Origin: the human T2T-CHM13v2.0 reference genome, Homo sapiens
Reading direction: 5' to 3' (one strand)
Length of the DNA stretch: 64,000 nucleotides
Assembly: GCF_009914755.1 (NCBI RefSeq)
Contig: NC_060937.1
In this document: in pieces, positions 45,901 to 63,900 of the stretch
Layout of the letters: every line of letters starts with the position of its first letter
How positions within the stretch are numbered: the first letter of the stretch is position 1
Notes under the pieces: model-generated
The model's input: only the letters and a program-made list of their open reading frames with translations
What the model was told of the DNA's origin: nothing
The model's database searches: none
Made by a program: the position numbers and the translations under genes

Positions 45901-48900
45901 ACATAAAATATGAAGGTACATCAAATATATATTATATCCTGTACATAAAATATCAAAGTACTCCTATTATATATTGTGTACTGTACATAATATATTAAAT
46001 CGCCCAAATATATATCGTATACTGTATATAAAATATGAAGGTACTTCAAATATATATTATATGCTGCACATAAAATATCAAAGTACCCAAAGAATGCATT
46101 ACATACTGTACATAAAATATCAAGGTACACAAATTATATATTATATACTGTACATAAAATATGTAGGTTCATCAAATATATTTTATATTCTGTACATAAT
46201 ATATCAAAGTACATCAAATATATATTATATACGGTACATAAAATATCAAAGTACCCAAAATATGTATTATATACTGTACATAAAACATGAAAGTAACCAA
46301 ACATTTATAATAAACTGTACATAAAATATCAAAGTACTCAATCTACATATTATATACAGTATATAAAATATCAAAGTACACAAACTGTATATTATATACT
46401 GTACATAATATATCAAAGTACCCAGAATATATAGCATACTGTACATACAATATCAAAGTACCCAGAATGTATGTTGTATACTGTACATAAAATATGAAGG
46501 TACATCAAAGATATATTATATTCTGTACATAAAATATCAAAGTACACCAAATATATATTATATGCTGTACATAATATATTAAAGTTGCCCATGTATACAT
46601 TTTATACTGTACATAAAATATGAAGGTACATCAAATATATACTATATGCTGCACATAAAATATCAAAGTATCCAAAGTATGTATTATATACTGTACATAA
46701 AATATCAAAGTACCAAAAGTATATATTACCTACTGTAAATAAAATATGAAGGTACCTCAAATATATATTATATTCTGTACATGAAATATCAAAGTACACC
46801 AAGTATATACTATATACTCTACATAAAATATTAAATTACCCAAAATATGTATTGTATTGTGTACATAAATTATGAAAGTAACCAAACATTTATAATAAAC
46901 TGTACATAAAATATCAAAGTACTCAAACTGTATATTATATACTGTACATAAAGTATCAAAGTACCCAAACTGTGTAGTATATACTGTACATAAAATATCA
47001 AGGTACCCAAAATATATATTGTAAACTGTAGATAAAATATCAAAATACCCAAACTATATATTATATACTGTACATAAAATATGAAGGCACATCAAATATA
47101 TATTATATTCTGTACATGAAATATCAAAGTACACCAAATGTATATTATATACTGTACATAAAATATCAAAGTACCCAAAGTGTATATTATATACTGTACA
47201 TAAAATATGAAGGTTCATCAAATATATTTTATATTCTGCACATAATATATCAAAGTACAGCAAATATATATTATATACTGTACATAAAATATCAAAGTAC
47301 CCAAAATATCTATTATATACTGTACATAAAATATGAAAGTAACCAAACATTTATAATAAACTGTACATAAAGTAACAAAGTACTCAAACTACATATTATA
47401 TACAGTATATAAAATGTCAAAGTACCCAAACTGTATATTATATACTGTACATAATATATCAAAGTACCCGAATATATAGCATACTGTACATAAAATATCA
47501 AAGTACCCAAAGTGTGTATTATACACTGCACATAAAATATGAAGGTACATAAAATATATATTGTATTCTGTACATAAAATATCAAAGTACTCCAAATATA
47601 TATTATATGCTGTACATAATATATTAAAGTCGCCCAAATATATATTATATACTGTACATAAAATATGAAGGTACATCAAATATATATTATATGCTGCACA
47701 TAAAATATCAAAGTACCCAAAGTATGTGTTATATACTGTACATAAAATATCAAAGTACCCAAAGTATATATTATATACTGTACATAAAATATAAAATACC
47801 CCAAATATATATTATATGCTGTACATAAAATATCAAAGTACACAAAATATGTATTATATACTGTACATAAAATACCAAAGGACCCAAAATATATATTATA
47901 TACTGTACATAAAATATCAAAATACCCAAAATATATATTATATACTGTACATAAAATACCAAAGAACCCAAAGTATATATTATATACCGTACAAAAAATA
48001 TCAAAGTAGCCAAAATATGTATTATACACTGTACATAATATATGAAAGTACCCAAACATTTATAATAAACTGTACATAAAATATCAATGTACTCAAACTA
48101 TATATTATGTGCGCTACATAAGATATCAAAGTACCCATACTATATAGTATATACTGTACTTAAAATATCAAAATACCCAAAATATATATTATATACGTTA
48201 CATAAACTATCAAATACACAAAGTATGTATTATATACTGTACATAAAATAGCAAAGTTCCCAAAATATGTATTATATACTGTACATAAAATATGAAAGTA
48301 CCCAACCATTTATAATAAAGTCTACATAAAATACCAAAGTACCCAAACTGTGTATTATATACTGTCCATAAAATATCAAAGGACCCAAAATATATATCGT
48401 AAACTCTACATAAAATATCAAAGTAGCCAAAATACATATTGTATACTGTACATAAAATATAAAAGTACCCCAAATATATATTATATACTGTACATAAAAT
48501 ATCAAAGTAACCATAATACATATTATATACTGTACATAAAATATCAAAGGACCCAAAATAAACATTATATACTGTACATAAAATATCCAAATACTCAAAA
48601 TATATATTACATACTGTACATAAAATATCAAAGTACCCAAATTATGTATTATATACTGTACGTAAAATATCAGAGTACCCAAAATATGCATTATATACTG
48701 TACATAAAATATGAAAGTAACAAAACATTTATAATAAACTGTACATAAAATATCAAAGTACTCAAACTATATATCATATACTGTACATAAAATATCAAAG
48801 TACCCAAACTGTGTATTATTACATACTGTATATAAAATATCAAAGTACCTGAAATATATATTGTATACTGTACATAAAATATCAAAGTACCCAAAATATA

Positions 48901-48986
48901 TACTATATACTGTACATAAAATATGAAGGTACATCAAATATATATTATATCCTGTACATAAAATATCAAAGTACTCCTATTATATA
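36933..48986 (+). repeat. Four tandem copies of the 3013-bp (72-monomer) HOR
   Basis: The landmark ttgtgtactgtacataatatattaaatcgccc occurs at 36933, 39948, 42961, 45974 and 48987 (spacings 3015, 3013, 3013, 3013). The internal catttataataaac marker gives segments of 585+461+709+250+419+589 = 3013 bp, i.e. 14+11+17+6+10+14 = 72 monomers. Confidence 0.93.
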
Positions 48987-51900
48987 TTGTGTACTGTACA
49001 TAATATATTAAATCGCCCAAATATATATTGTATACTGTATATAAAATATGAAGGTACTTCAAATATATATTATATGCTGCACATAAAATATCAAAGTACC
49101 CAAAGTATGCATTACATACTGTACATAAAATATCAAAGTACACAAATTATATATTATATTCTGTACATAAAATATGTAGGTTCATCAAATATATTTTATA
49201 TTCTGTACATAATATATTAAAGTACATCAAATATATATTATATACGGTACATAAAATATCAAAGTACCCAAAATATGTACTATTTACTGTACATAAAATA
49301 TGAAAGTAACCAAACTTTTATAATAAACTGTACATAAAATATCAAAGTACTCAATCTACATATTATATACAGTATATAAAATATCAAAGTACACAAACTG
49401 TATATTATATACTGTACATAATATATCAAAGTACCCAGAATATGTAGCATACTGTACATACAATATCAAAGTACCCAGAATGTATATTGTATACTGTACA
49501 TAAAATATGAAGGTACATCAAAGATATATTATATTCTGTACATAAAATATCAAACTACACCAAATATATATTATATGCTGTACATAATATATTAAAGTTG
49601 CCCATGTATACATTTTATACTGTACATAAAATATGAAGGTACATCAAATATATAGTATATGCTGCACATAAAATATCAAAGTACCCAAAGTATGTATTAT
49701 ATACTGTACATAAAATATCAAAGTACCAAAAGTATATATTACCTACTGTAAATAAAATATGAAGATACCTCAAATATATATTATATTCTGTACATGAAAT
49801 ATCAAAGTACACCAAGTATATACTATATACTCTACATAAAATATTAAATTACCCAAAATATGTATTGTATTGTGTACATAAAATATGAAAGTAACCAAAC
49901 ATTTATAATAAACTGTACATAAAATATCAAAGTACTCAAACTTTATATTATATACTGTACATAAAGTATCAAAGTACCCAAACTGTGTAGTATATACTGT
50001 ACATAAAATATCAAGGTACCCAAAATGTATATTGTAAACTGTAGATAAAATATCAAAGTACCCAAAATATATATTATATACTGTACATAAAATATGAAGG
50101 CACATCCAATATATATTATATTCTGTACATAAAATATCAAAGTACACCAAATGTATATTATATACTGTACATAAAATATAAAACTACCCCAAATATATCT
50201 TATATACTCTACATAAAATATCTAAGTACCCAAAATATATATTATATACTGTACATAATATATCAAAGTACCCATAGTATGTATTATATCCTGTACATAA
50301 AATATGAAAGTACGTCAAATATATATTCTATTCTGCACATAAAATATCATATTGCACCAAATATATATTGTATACTGTATATAAAATATGAAGGTACTTC
50401 AAATATATATTATATGCTGCACATAAAATATCAAAGTACCCAAAGTATGCATTATATACTGTACATAAAATATCAAAGTACCCAAAGTGTATATTATATA
50501 CTGTACATAAAATATGAAGGTTCATCAAATATATTTTATATTCTGCACATAATATATCAAAGTACAGCAAATATATATTATATACTGTACATAAAATAAC
50601 AAAGTAACAAAAATATGTATTATATACTGTACATAAAATATGAAAGTAACCAAATATTTATAATAAACTGTATATAAAATATCAAAGTACTCAAACTACA
50701 TATTATATACAGTATATAAAATATCAAAGTACCCAAACTATATATTATATACTGTACATACTATATCAAAGTACCCGAATATATAGCATACTGTACATAA
50801 AATATCAAATTACCCAAAATATATATTGTATACTGTACATAAAATATGAAGGTACATCAAAGATATATTATATTCTGTACATAAAATATCAAAGTACACC
50901 AAATATATATTATATGCTGTACAGAATATATTAAAGTCGACCAAATGTATATTATATACTGTACATAAAATATGAAGGTACATCAAATATATATTATATG
51001 CTGCACATAAAATATCAAAGTACCCAAAGTATGTGTTATATACTGTACATAAAATATCAAAGTACCCAAAGTATATATTATATACTGTACATAAAATATA
51101 AAATACCCCAAATATATATTATATGCTGTACATAAAATATCAAAGTACACAAAATATGCATTATGTACTGTACATAAATTATCAAAGGACCCAAAATATA
51201 TATTATATAGTGTACATAAAATATCAAAATACCCAAAATATATATTATATACTGTACATAAAATACCAAAGTACCCAAAGTATATATTATATACTGTATA
51301 AAAAATATCAAAGTAGCCAAAATATGTATTATACACTGTACATAATATATGAAAGTACCCAAACATTTATAATAAACTGTACATAAAATATCAATGTACT
51401 CAAACTATATATTATGTGCGGTACTTAAGATATCAAAGTACCCATACTATATAGTATGTACTGTACTTAAAATATCAAAATACCCAAAATATATATTATA
51501 TACGTTACATAAACTATCAAATACACAAAGTATGTATTACATACTGTACATAAAATAGCAAAGTTACCAAAATATGTATTATATACTGTACATAAAATAT
51601 GAAAGTACCCAACCATTTATAATAAACTCTACATAAAATACCAAAGTACCCAAACTGTGTATTATATACTCTCCATAAAATATCAAAGTACCCAAAATAT
51701 ATATTGTCAACTGTACATGAAATATCAAAGTAGCCAAAATATATATAGTATACCGTACATAAAATATAAAAGTACCCCAAATATGTATTATATACTGTAC
51801 ATAAAATATCAAAGTACCGATAATACATATTATATACTGTACATAAAATATCAGAGGACCCAAAATAAACATTCTATACTGTACATAAAATATCCAAATA

Positions 51901-54900
51901 CTCACAATATATATTACATACTGTACATAAAATATCAAAGTACCCAAATTATGTATTATATACTGTACATAAAATATCAGAGTACCCAAAATATGCATTA
52001 TATACTGTACATAAAATATGAAAGTAACAAAACATTTATAATAAACTGTACATAAAATATCAAAGTACTCAAACTATATATCATATACTGTACATAAAAT
52101 ATCAAAGTACCCAAACTGTGTATTATTATATACTGTATATAAAATATCAAAGTACCTGAAATATATACTGTATACTGTACATAAAATATCAAAGTACCCA
52201 AAATATATACTATATACTGTACATAAAATATGAAGGTACATCAAATATATATTATATCCTGTACATAAAATATCAAAGTACACCTATTATATATTGTGTA
52301 CTGTACATAATATATTAAATCGCCCAAATATATATTGTATACTGTATATAAAATATGAAGGTACTTCAAATATATATTATATGCTGCACATAAAATATCA
52401 AAGTACCCAAAGTATGCATTACATACTGTACATAAAATATCAAAGTACACATATTATATATTATATAATGTACATAAAATATGAAGGTTCATCAAATATA
52501 TATTATATTCTGTACATAATATATCAAAGTACATCAAATATATATTATATAGTGTACATAAAATATCAAAGTACCAAAAATATGTATTATATACTGTACA
52601 TAAAACATGAAAGTAACCAAACATTTATAATAAACTGTACATAAAATATCAAAGTACTCAATCTACATATTATATACAGTATATAAAATATCAAAGTACA
52701 CAAACTGTATATTATATACTGTACATAATATATCAAAGTACCCAGAATATATAGCATACTGTACTTAAAATATCAAAGTACCCAAAATATATATTGTATA
52801 CTGTACATAAAATATGAAGGTACATCAAAGATATATTATATTCTGTACATAAAATATCAAAGTACACCAAATATATATTATATGCTGTACATAATATATT
52901 AAAGTTGCCCATATATACATTATATACTGTACATAAAATATGAACGTACATCAAATATATAGTATATGCTGCACATAAAATATCAAAGTACCCAAAGTAT
53001 GTATTATACACTGTACATAAAATATCAAAGTACCAAAAGTATATATTACATACTGTAAATAAAATATGAAGGTACCTCAAATATATATTATATTCTGTAC
53101 ATAAAATATCAAAGTACACCAAGTATATACTATATACTCTGCATAAAATATTAAATTACCCAAAATATGTATTGCATTGTGTACATAAAATATGAAAGTA
53201 ACCAAACATTTATAATAAACTGTACATAAAATATCAAAGTACTCAAACTGTATATTATATACTGTACATAAAGTATCAAAGTACCCAAACTGTGTAGTAT
53301 ATACTGTACATTAAATATCAAGGTACCCAAAATATATATTGTAAACTGTAGATAAAATATCAAAGTACCCAAAATATATATTATATACTGTACATAAAAT
53401 ATGAAGGCACATCCAATATATACTATATTCTGTACATAAAATATCAAAGTACACCAAATGTATATTATATACTGTACAAAAAATATCAAAGTACCCAAAG
53501 TGTATATTATATACTGTACATAAAATATGAAGGTTCATCAAATATATTTTATATTCTGCACATAATATATCAAAGTACAGCAAATATATATTATATACTG
53601 TACATAAAATATCAAAGTACCCAATATATGTATTATATACTGTACATAAAATATGAAAGTAACCAAACATTTATAATAAACTGTACATAAAGTATCAAAG
53701 TACTCAAACTACATATTATATACAGTATATAAAATGTCAAAGTACCCAAACTGTATATTATATACTGTACATAATATATCAAAGTACCCGAATATATAGC
53801 ATACTGTACATAAAATATCAAGGTACCCAAAGTGTGTATTATACACTGCACATAAAATATGAAGGTACATAAAATATATATTGTATTCTGTACATAAAAT
53901 ATCAAAGTACTCCAAATATATATTATATGCTGTACATAATATATTAAAGTCGCCCAAATATATATTATATACTGTACATAAAATATGAAGGTACATCAAA
54001 TATATATTATATGCTGCACATAAAATATCAAAGTACCCAAAGTATGTGTTATATACTGTACATAAAATATCAAAGTACGCAAAGTATATATTATATACTG
54101 TACATAAAATATAAAATACCCCAAATATATATTATATGCTGTACATAAAATATCAAAGTACACAAAATATGTATTATATACTGTACATAAAATACCAAAG
54201 GACCCAAAATATATATTATATACTGTACATAAAATATCAAAATACCCAAAATATATATTATATACTGTACATAAAATACCAAAGTACCCAAAGTATATAT
54301 TATATACCGTACAAAAAATATCAAAGTAGCCAAAATATGTATTATACACTGTACATAATATATGAAAGTACCCAAACATTTATAATAAACTGTACATAAA
54401 ATATCAATGTACTCAAACTATATATTATGTGCGGTACATAAGATATCAAAGTACCCATACTATATAGTATATACTGTACTTAAAATATCAAAATACCCAA
54501 AATATATATTATATACGTTACATAAACTATCAAATACACAAAGTATGTATTATATACTGTACATAAAATAGAAAAGTTCCCAAAATATGTATTATATATA
54601 TTATAAATATGTACATAAAATATGAAAGTACCCAACCATTTATAATAAACTCTACATAAAACACCAAAGTACCCAAACTGTGTATTATATACTGTCCATA
54701 AAATATCAAAGTACCCAAAATATATATTGTAAACTCTACATAAAATATCAAAGTAGCCAAAATACATATTGTATACTGTACATAAAATATAAAAGTACCC
54801 CAAATATATATTATATACTGTACATAAAATATCAAAGTACCCATAATACATATTATATACTGTACATAAAATATCAAAGGACCCAAAATAAACATTATAT

Positions 54901-57900
54901 ACTGTACATAAAATATCCAAATACTCAAAATATATATTACATACTGTACATAAAATATCAAAGTACCCAAATTATGTACTATATACTGTACGTAAAATAT
55001 CAGAGTACCCAAAATATGCATTATATACTGTACATAAAATATGAAAGTAACAAAACATTTATAATAAACTGTACATAAAATATCAAAGTACTCAAACTAT
55101 ATATCATATACTGTACATAAAATATCAAAGTACCCAAACTGTGTATTATTATATACTGTATATAAAATATCAAAGTACCTGAAATATATATTGTATACTG
55201 TACATAAAATATCAAAGTACCCAAAATATATACTATATACTGTACATAAAATATGAAGGTACATCAAATATATATTATATCCTGTACATAAAATATCAAA
55301 GTACACCTATTATATATTGTGTACTGTACATAATATATTAAATCGCCCAAATATATATTGTATACTGTATATAAAATATGAAGGTACTTCAAATATATAT
55401 TATATGCTGCACATAAAATATCAAAGTACCCAAGGTATGCATTACATACTGTACATAAAATATCAAAGTACACAAATTATATATTATATACTGTACATAA
55501 AATATGTAGGTTCATCAAATATATTTTATATTCTGTACATAATATATCAAAGTACATCAAATATATATTATATACGGTACATAAAATATCAAATTACCCA
55601 AAATATATATCATTTACTGTACATAAAATATGAAAGTAACCAAACATTTATAATAAACTGTACATAAATTATCAAAGTACTCAATCTACATATTATATAC
55701 AGTATATAAAATATCAAAGTACACAAACTGTATATTATATACTGTACATAATATGTCAAAGTACCCAGAATATATAGCATACTGTACATACAATATCAAA
55801 GTACCCAGAATGTATATTGTATACTGTACATAAAATATGAAGGTACATCAAAGATATATTATATTCTGTACATAAAATATCAAAGTACACCAAATATATA
55901 TTATATGCTGTACATAATATATTAAAGTTGCCCATGTATACATTTTATACTGTACATAAAATATGAAGGTACATCAAATATATAGTATATGCTGCACATA
56001 AAATATCAAAGTACCCAAAGTATGTATTATATACTGTACATAAAATATCAAAGTACCAAAAGTATATATTACCTACTGTAAATAAAATATGAAGATACCT
56101 CAAATATATATTATATTCTGTACATGAAATATCAAAGTACACCAAGTATACACTATATACTCTACATAAAATATTAAATTACCCAAAATATGTATTGTAT
56201 TGTGTACATAAAATATGAAAATAACCAAACATTTATAATAAACTGTACATAAAATATCAAAGTACTCAAACTTTATATTATATACTGTACATAAAGTATC
56301 AAAGTACCCAAACTGTGTAGTATATACTGTACATAAAATATCAAGGTACCCAAAATGTATATTGTAAACTGTAGATAAAATATCAAAGTACCCAAAATAT
56401 ATATTATATACTGTACATAAAATATGAAGGCACATCCAATATATATTATATTCTGTACATAAAATATCAAAGTACACCAAATGTATATTATATACTGTAC
56501 ATAAAATATAAAACTACCCCAAATATATCTTATATACTCTACATAAAATATCAAAGTACCCAAAATATATATTATATACTGTACATAATATATCAAAGTA
56601 CCCATAGTATGTATTATATCCTGTACATAAAATATGAAAGTACGTCAAATATATATTCTATTCTGCACATAAAATATCATATTGCACCAAATATATATTG
56701 TATACTGTATATAAAATATGAAGGTACTTCAAATATATATTATATGCTGCACATAAAATATCAAAGTACCCAAAGTATGCATTATATACTGTACATAAAA
56801 TATCAAAGTACCCAAAGTGTATATTATATACTGTACATAAAATATGAAGGTTCATCAAATATATTTTATATTCTGCACATAATATATCAAAGTACAGCAA
56901 ATATATATTATATACTGTACATAAAATAACAAAGTAACAAAAATATGTATTATATACTGTACATAAAATATGAAAGTAACCAAATATTTATAATAAACTG
57001 TATATAAAATATCAAAGTACTCAAACTACATATTATATACAGTATATAAAATATCAAAGTACCCAAACTATATATTATATACTGTACATACTATATCAAA
57101 GTACCCGAATATAGAGCATACTGTACATAAAATATCAAATTACCCAAAATATATATTGTATACTGTACATAAAATATGAAGGTACATCAAAGATATATTA
57201 TATTCTGTACATAAAATATCAAAGTACACCAAATATATATTATATGCTGTACAGAATATATTAAAGTCGACCAAATGTATATTATATACTGTACATAAAA
57301 TATGAAGGTACATCAAATATATATTATATGCTGCACATAAAATATCAAAGAACCCAAAGTATGTATTATATACTGTACATAAAATATCAAAGTACCCAAA
57401 GTATATATTATATACTGTACATAAAATATAAAATACCCCAAATATATATTATATGCTGTACATAAAATATCAAAGTACACAAAATATGCATTATGTACTG
57501 TACATAAATTATCAAAGGACCCAAAATATATATTATATAGTGTACATAAAATATCAAAATACCCAAAATATATATTATATACTGTACATAAAATACCAAA
57601 GTACCCAAAGTATATATTATATACTGTATAAAAAATATCAAAGTAGCCAAAATATGTATTATACACTGTACATAATATATGAAAGTACCCAAACATTTAT
57701 AATAAACTGTACATAAAATATCAATGTACTCAAACTATATATTATGTGCGGTACTTAAGATATCAAAGTACCCATACTATATAGTATGTACTGTACTTAA
57801 AATATCAAAATACCCAAAATATATATTATATACGTTACATAAACTATCAAATACACAAAGTATGTATTACATACTGTACATAAAATAGCAAAGTTCCCAA

Positions 57901-60900
57901 AATATGTATTATATACTGTACATAAAATATGAAAGTACCCAACCATTTATAATAACCTCTACATAAAATACCAAAGTACCCAAACTGTGTATTATATACT
58001 CTCCATAAAATATCAAAGTACCCAAAATATATATTGTCAACTGTACATAAAATATCAAAGTAGCCAAAATATATATAGTATACCGTACATAAAATATAAA
58101 AGTACCCCAAATATGTATTATATACTGTACATAAAATATCAAAGTACCGATAATACATATTATATAGTGTACATAAAATATCAGAGGACCCAAAATAAAC
58201 ATTATATACTGTACATAAAATATCCAAATACTCAAAATATATATTACATACTGTACATAAAATATCAAAGTACCCAAATTATGTATTATATACTGTACAT
58301 AAAATATCAGAGTACCCAAAATATGCATTATATACTGTACATAAAATATGAAAGTAAGAAAACATTTATAATAAACTGTACATAAAATATCAAAGTACTC
58401 AAACTATATATCATATACTGTACATAAAATATCAAAGTACCCAAACTGTGTATTATTATATACTGTATATAAAATATCAAAGTACCTGAAATATATACTG
58501 TATACTGTACATAAAATATCAAAGTACCCAAAATATATGCTATATACTGTACATAAAATATGAAGGTACATCAAATATATATTATATCCTGTACATAAAA
58601 TATCAAAGTACACCTATTATATATTGTGTACTGTACATAATATATTAAATCGCCCAAATATATATTGTATACTGTATAAAAAATATGAAGGTACTTCAAA
58701 TATATATTATATGCTGCACATAAAATATCAAAGTACCCAAAGTATGCATTACATACTGTACATAAAATATCAAAGTACACATATTATCTATTATATAATG
58801 TACATAAAATATGAAGGTTCATCAAATATATATTATATTCTGTACATAATATATCAAAGTACATCAAATATATATTATATACTGTACATAAAATATCAAA
58901 GTACCAAAAATATGTATTATATACTGTACATAAAACATGAAAGTAACCAAACATTTATAATAAACTGTACATAAAATATCAAAGTACTCAATCTACATAT
59001 TATATACAGTATATAAAATATCAAAGTACACAAACTGTATATTATATACTGTACATAATATATCAAAGTACCCAGAATATATAGCATACTGTACTTAAAA
59101 TATCAAAGTACCCAAAATATATATTGTATACTGTACATAAAATATGAAGGTACATCAAAGATATATTATATTCTGTACATAAAATATCAAACTACACCAA
59201 ATATATATTATATGCTGTACATAATATATTAAAGTTGCCCATATATACATTATATACTGTACATAAAATATGAACGTACATCAAATATATAGTATATGCT
59301 GCACATAAAATATCAAAGTACCCAAAGTATGTATTATACACTGTACATAAAATATCAAAGTACCAAAAGTATATATTACATACTGTAAATAAAATATGAA
59401 GGTACCTCAAATATATATTATATTCTGTACATAAAATATCAAAGTACACCAAGTATATACTATATACTCTGCATAAAATATTAAATTACCCAAAATATGT
59501 ATTGCATTGTGTACATAAAATATGAAAGTAACCAAACATTTATAATAAACTGTACATAAAATATCAAAGTACTCAAACTGTATATTATATACTGTACATA
59601 AAGTATCAAAGTACCCAAACTGTGTAGTATATACTGTACATTAAATATCAAGGTACCCAAAATATATATTGTAAACTGTAGATAAAATATCAAAGTACCC
59701 AAAATATATATTATATACTGTACATAAAATATGAAGGCACATCCAATATATACTATATTCTGTACATAAAATATCAAAGTACACCAAATGTATATTATAT
59801 ACTGTACAAAAAATATCAAAGTACCCAAAGTGTATATTATATACTGTACATAAAATATGAAGGTTCATCAAATATATTTTATATTCTGCACATAGTATAT
59901 CAAACTACAGCAAATATATATTATATACTGTACATAAAATATCAAAGTACCCAAAATATGTATTATATACTGTACATAAAATATGAAAGTAACCAAACAT
60001 TTATAATAAACTGTACATAAAGTATCAAAGTACTCAAACTACATATTATATACAGTATATAAAATGTCAAAGTACCCAAACTGTATATTATATACTGTAC
60101 ATAATATATCAAAGTACCCGAATATATAGCATACTGTACATAAAATATCAAGGTACCCAAAGTGTGTATTATACACTGCACATAAAATATGAAGGTACAT
60201 AAAATATATATTGTATTCTGTACATAAAATATCAAAGTACTCCAAATATATATTATATGCTGTACATAATATATTATAGTCGCCCAAATATATATTATAT
60301 ACTGTACATAAAATATGAAGCTATATCAAATATATATTATATGCTGCACATAAAATATCAAAGTACCCAAAGTATGTGTTATATACTGTACATAAAATAT
60401 CAAAGTACCCAATGTATATATTATATACTGTACATAAAATATAAAATACCCCAAATATATATTATATGCTGTACATAAAATATCAAAGTACACAAAATAT
60501 GTATTATATACTGTACATAAAATACCAAAGGACCCAAAATATATATTATATACTGTACATAAAATATCAAAATACCCAAAATATATATTATATACTGTAC
60601 ATAAAATACCAAAGTACCCAAAGTATATATTATATACCGTACAAAAAATATCAAAGTAGCCAAAATATGTATTATACACTGTACATAATATATGAAAGTA
60701 CCCAAACATTTATAATAAACTGTACATAAAATATCAATGTACTCAAACTATATATTATGTGCGGTACATAAGATATCAAAGTACCCATACTATATAGTAT
60801 ATACTGTACTTAAAATATCAAAATACCCAAAATATATATTATATACGTTACATAAACTATCAAATACACAAAGTATGTATTATATACTGTACATAAAATA

Positions 60901-63900
60901 GAAAAGTTCCCAAAATATGTATTATATATATTATAAATATGTACATAAAATATGAAAGTACCCAACCATTTATAATAAACTCTACATAAAACAACAAAGT
61001 ACCCAAACTGTGTATTATATACTGTCCATAAAATATCAAAGTACCCAAAATATATATTGTAAACTCTACATAAAATATAAAAGTAGCCAAAATACATATT
61101 GTATACTGTACATAAAATATAAAAGTACCCCAAATATATATTATATACTGTACATAAAATATCAAAGTACCCATAATACATATTATATACTGTACATAAA
61201 ATATCAAAGGACCCAAAATAAACATTATATACTGTACATAAAATATCCAAATACTCAAAATATATATTACATACTGTACATAAAATATCAAAGTACCCAA
61301 ATTATGTACTATATACTGTACGTAAAATATCAGAGTACCCAAAATATGCATTATATACTGTACATAAAATATGAAAGTAACAAAACATTTATAATAAACT
61401 GTACATAAAATATCAAAGTACTCAAACTATATATCATATACTGTACATAAAATATCAAAGTACCCAAACTGTGTATTATTATATACTGTATATAAAATAT
61501 CAAAGTACCTGAAATATATATTGTATACTGTACATAAAATATCAAAGTACACAAAATATGTACTATATACTGTACATAAAATATGAAGGTACATCAAATA
61601 TATATTATATCCTGTACATAAAATATCAAAGTACACCTATTATATATTGTGTACTGTACATAATATATTAAATCGCCCAAATATATATTGTATACTGTAT
61701 ATAAAATATGAAGGTACTTCAAATATATATTATATGCTGCACATAAAATATCAAAGTACCCAAGGTATGCATTACATACTGTACATAAAATATCAAAGTA
61801 CACAAATTATATATTATATACTGTACATAAAATATGTAGGTTCATCAAGTATATTTTATATTCTGTACATAATATATCAAAGTACATCAAATATATATTA
61901 TATACGGTACATAAAATATCAAATTACCCAAAATATATATTATTTACTGTACATAAAATATGAAAGTAACCAAACATTTATAATAAACTGTACATAAATT
62001 ATCAAAGTACTCAATCTACATATTATATACGGTATATAAAATATCAAAGTACACAAACTCTATATTATATACTGTACATAATATGTCAAAGTACCCAGAA
62101 TATATAGCATACTGTACATACAATATCAAAGTACCCAGAATGTATATTGTATACTGTACATAAAATATGAAGGTACATCAAAGATATATTATATTCTGTA
62201 CATAAAATATCAAAGTACACCAAATATATATTATATGCTGTACATAATATATTAAAGTTGCCCATGTATACATTTTATACTGTACATAAAATATGAAGGT
62301 ACATCAAATATATAGTATATGCTGCACATAAAATATCAAAGTACCCAAAGTATGTATTATATACTGTACATAAAATATCAAAGTACCAAAAGTATATATT
62401 ACCTACTGTAAATAAAATATGAAGATACCTCAAATATATATTATATTCTGTACATGAAATATCAAAGTACACCAAGTATATACTATATACTCTACATAAA
62501 ATATTAAATTACCCAAAATATGTATTGTATTGTGTACATAAAATATGAAAATAACCAAACATTTATAATAAACTGTACATAAAATATCAAAGTACTCAAA
62601 CTTTATATTATATACTGTACATAAAGTATCAAAGTACCCAAACTGTGTAGTATATACTGTACATAAAATATCAAGGTACCCAAAATGTATATTGTAAACT
62701 GTAGATAAAATATCAAAGTACCCAAAATATATATTATATACTGTACATAAAATATGAAGGCACATCCAATATATATTATATTCTGTACATAAAATATCAA
62801 AGTACACCAAATGTATATTATATACTGTACATAAAATAAAAAACTACCCCAAATATATATTATATACTCTACATAAAATATCAAAGTACCCAAAATATAT
62901 ATTATATACTGTACATAATATATCAAAGTACCCATAGTATGTATTATATCCTGTACATAAAATATGAAAGTACGTCAAATATATATTCTATTCTGCACAT
63001 AAAATATCATATTGCACCAAATATATATTGTATACTGTATATAAAATATGAAGGTACTTCAAATATATATTATATGCTGCACATAAAATATCAAAGTACC
63101 CAAAGTATGCATTATATACTGTACATAAAATATCAAAGTACCCAAAGTGTATATTATATATTGTACATAAAATATGAAGGTTCATCAAATATATTTTATA
63201 TTCTGCACATAATATATCAAAGTACAGCAAATATATATTATATACTGTACATAAAATAACAAAGTAACAAAAATATGTATTATATACTGTACATAAAATA
63301 TGAAAGTAACCAAATATTTATAAAAAACTGTATATAAAATATCAAAGTACTCAAACTACATATTATATACAGTATATAAAATATCAAAGTACCCAAACTA
63401 TATATTATATACTGTACATACTATATCAGATTACCCGAATATATAGCATACTGTACATAAAATATCAAATTACCCAAAATATATATTGTATACTGTACAT
63501 AAAATATGAAGGTACATCAAAGATATATTATATTCTGTACATAAAATATCAAAGTACACCAAATATATATTATATGCTGTACAGAATATATTAAAGTCGA
63601 CCAAATGTATATTATATACTGTACATAAAATATGAAGGTACATCAAATATATATTATATGCTGCACATAAAATATCAAAGTACCCAAAGTATGTGTTATA
63701 TACTGTACATAAAATATCAAAGTACCCAAAGTATATATTATATACTGTACATAAAATATAAAATACCCCAAATATATATTATATGCTGTACATAAAATAT
63801 CAAAGTACACAAAATATGTATTATGTACTGTACATAAATTATCAAAGGACCCAAAATATATATTATATAGTGTACATAAAATATCAAAATACCCAAAATA

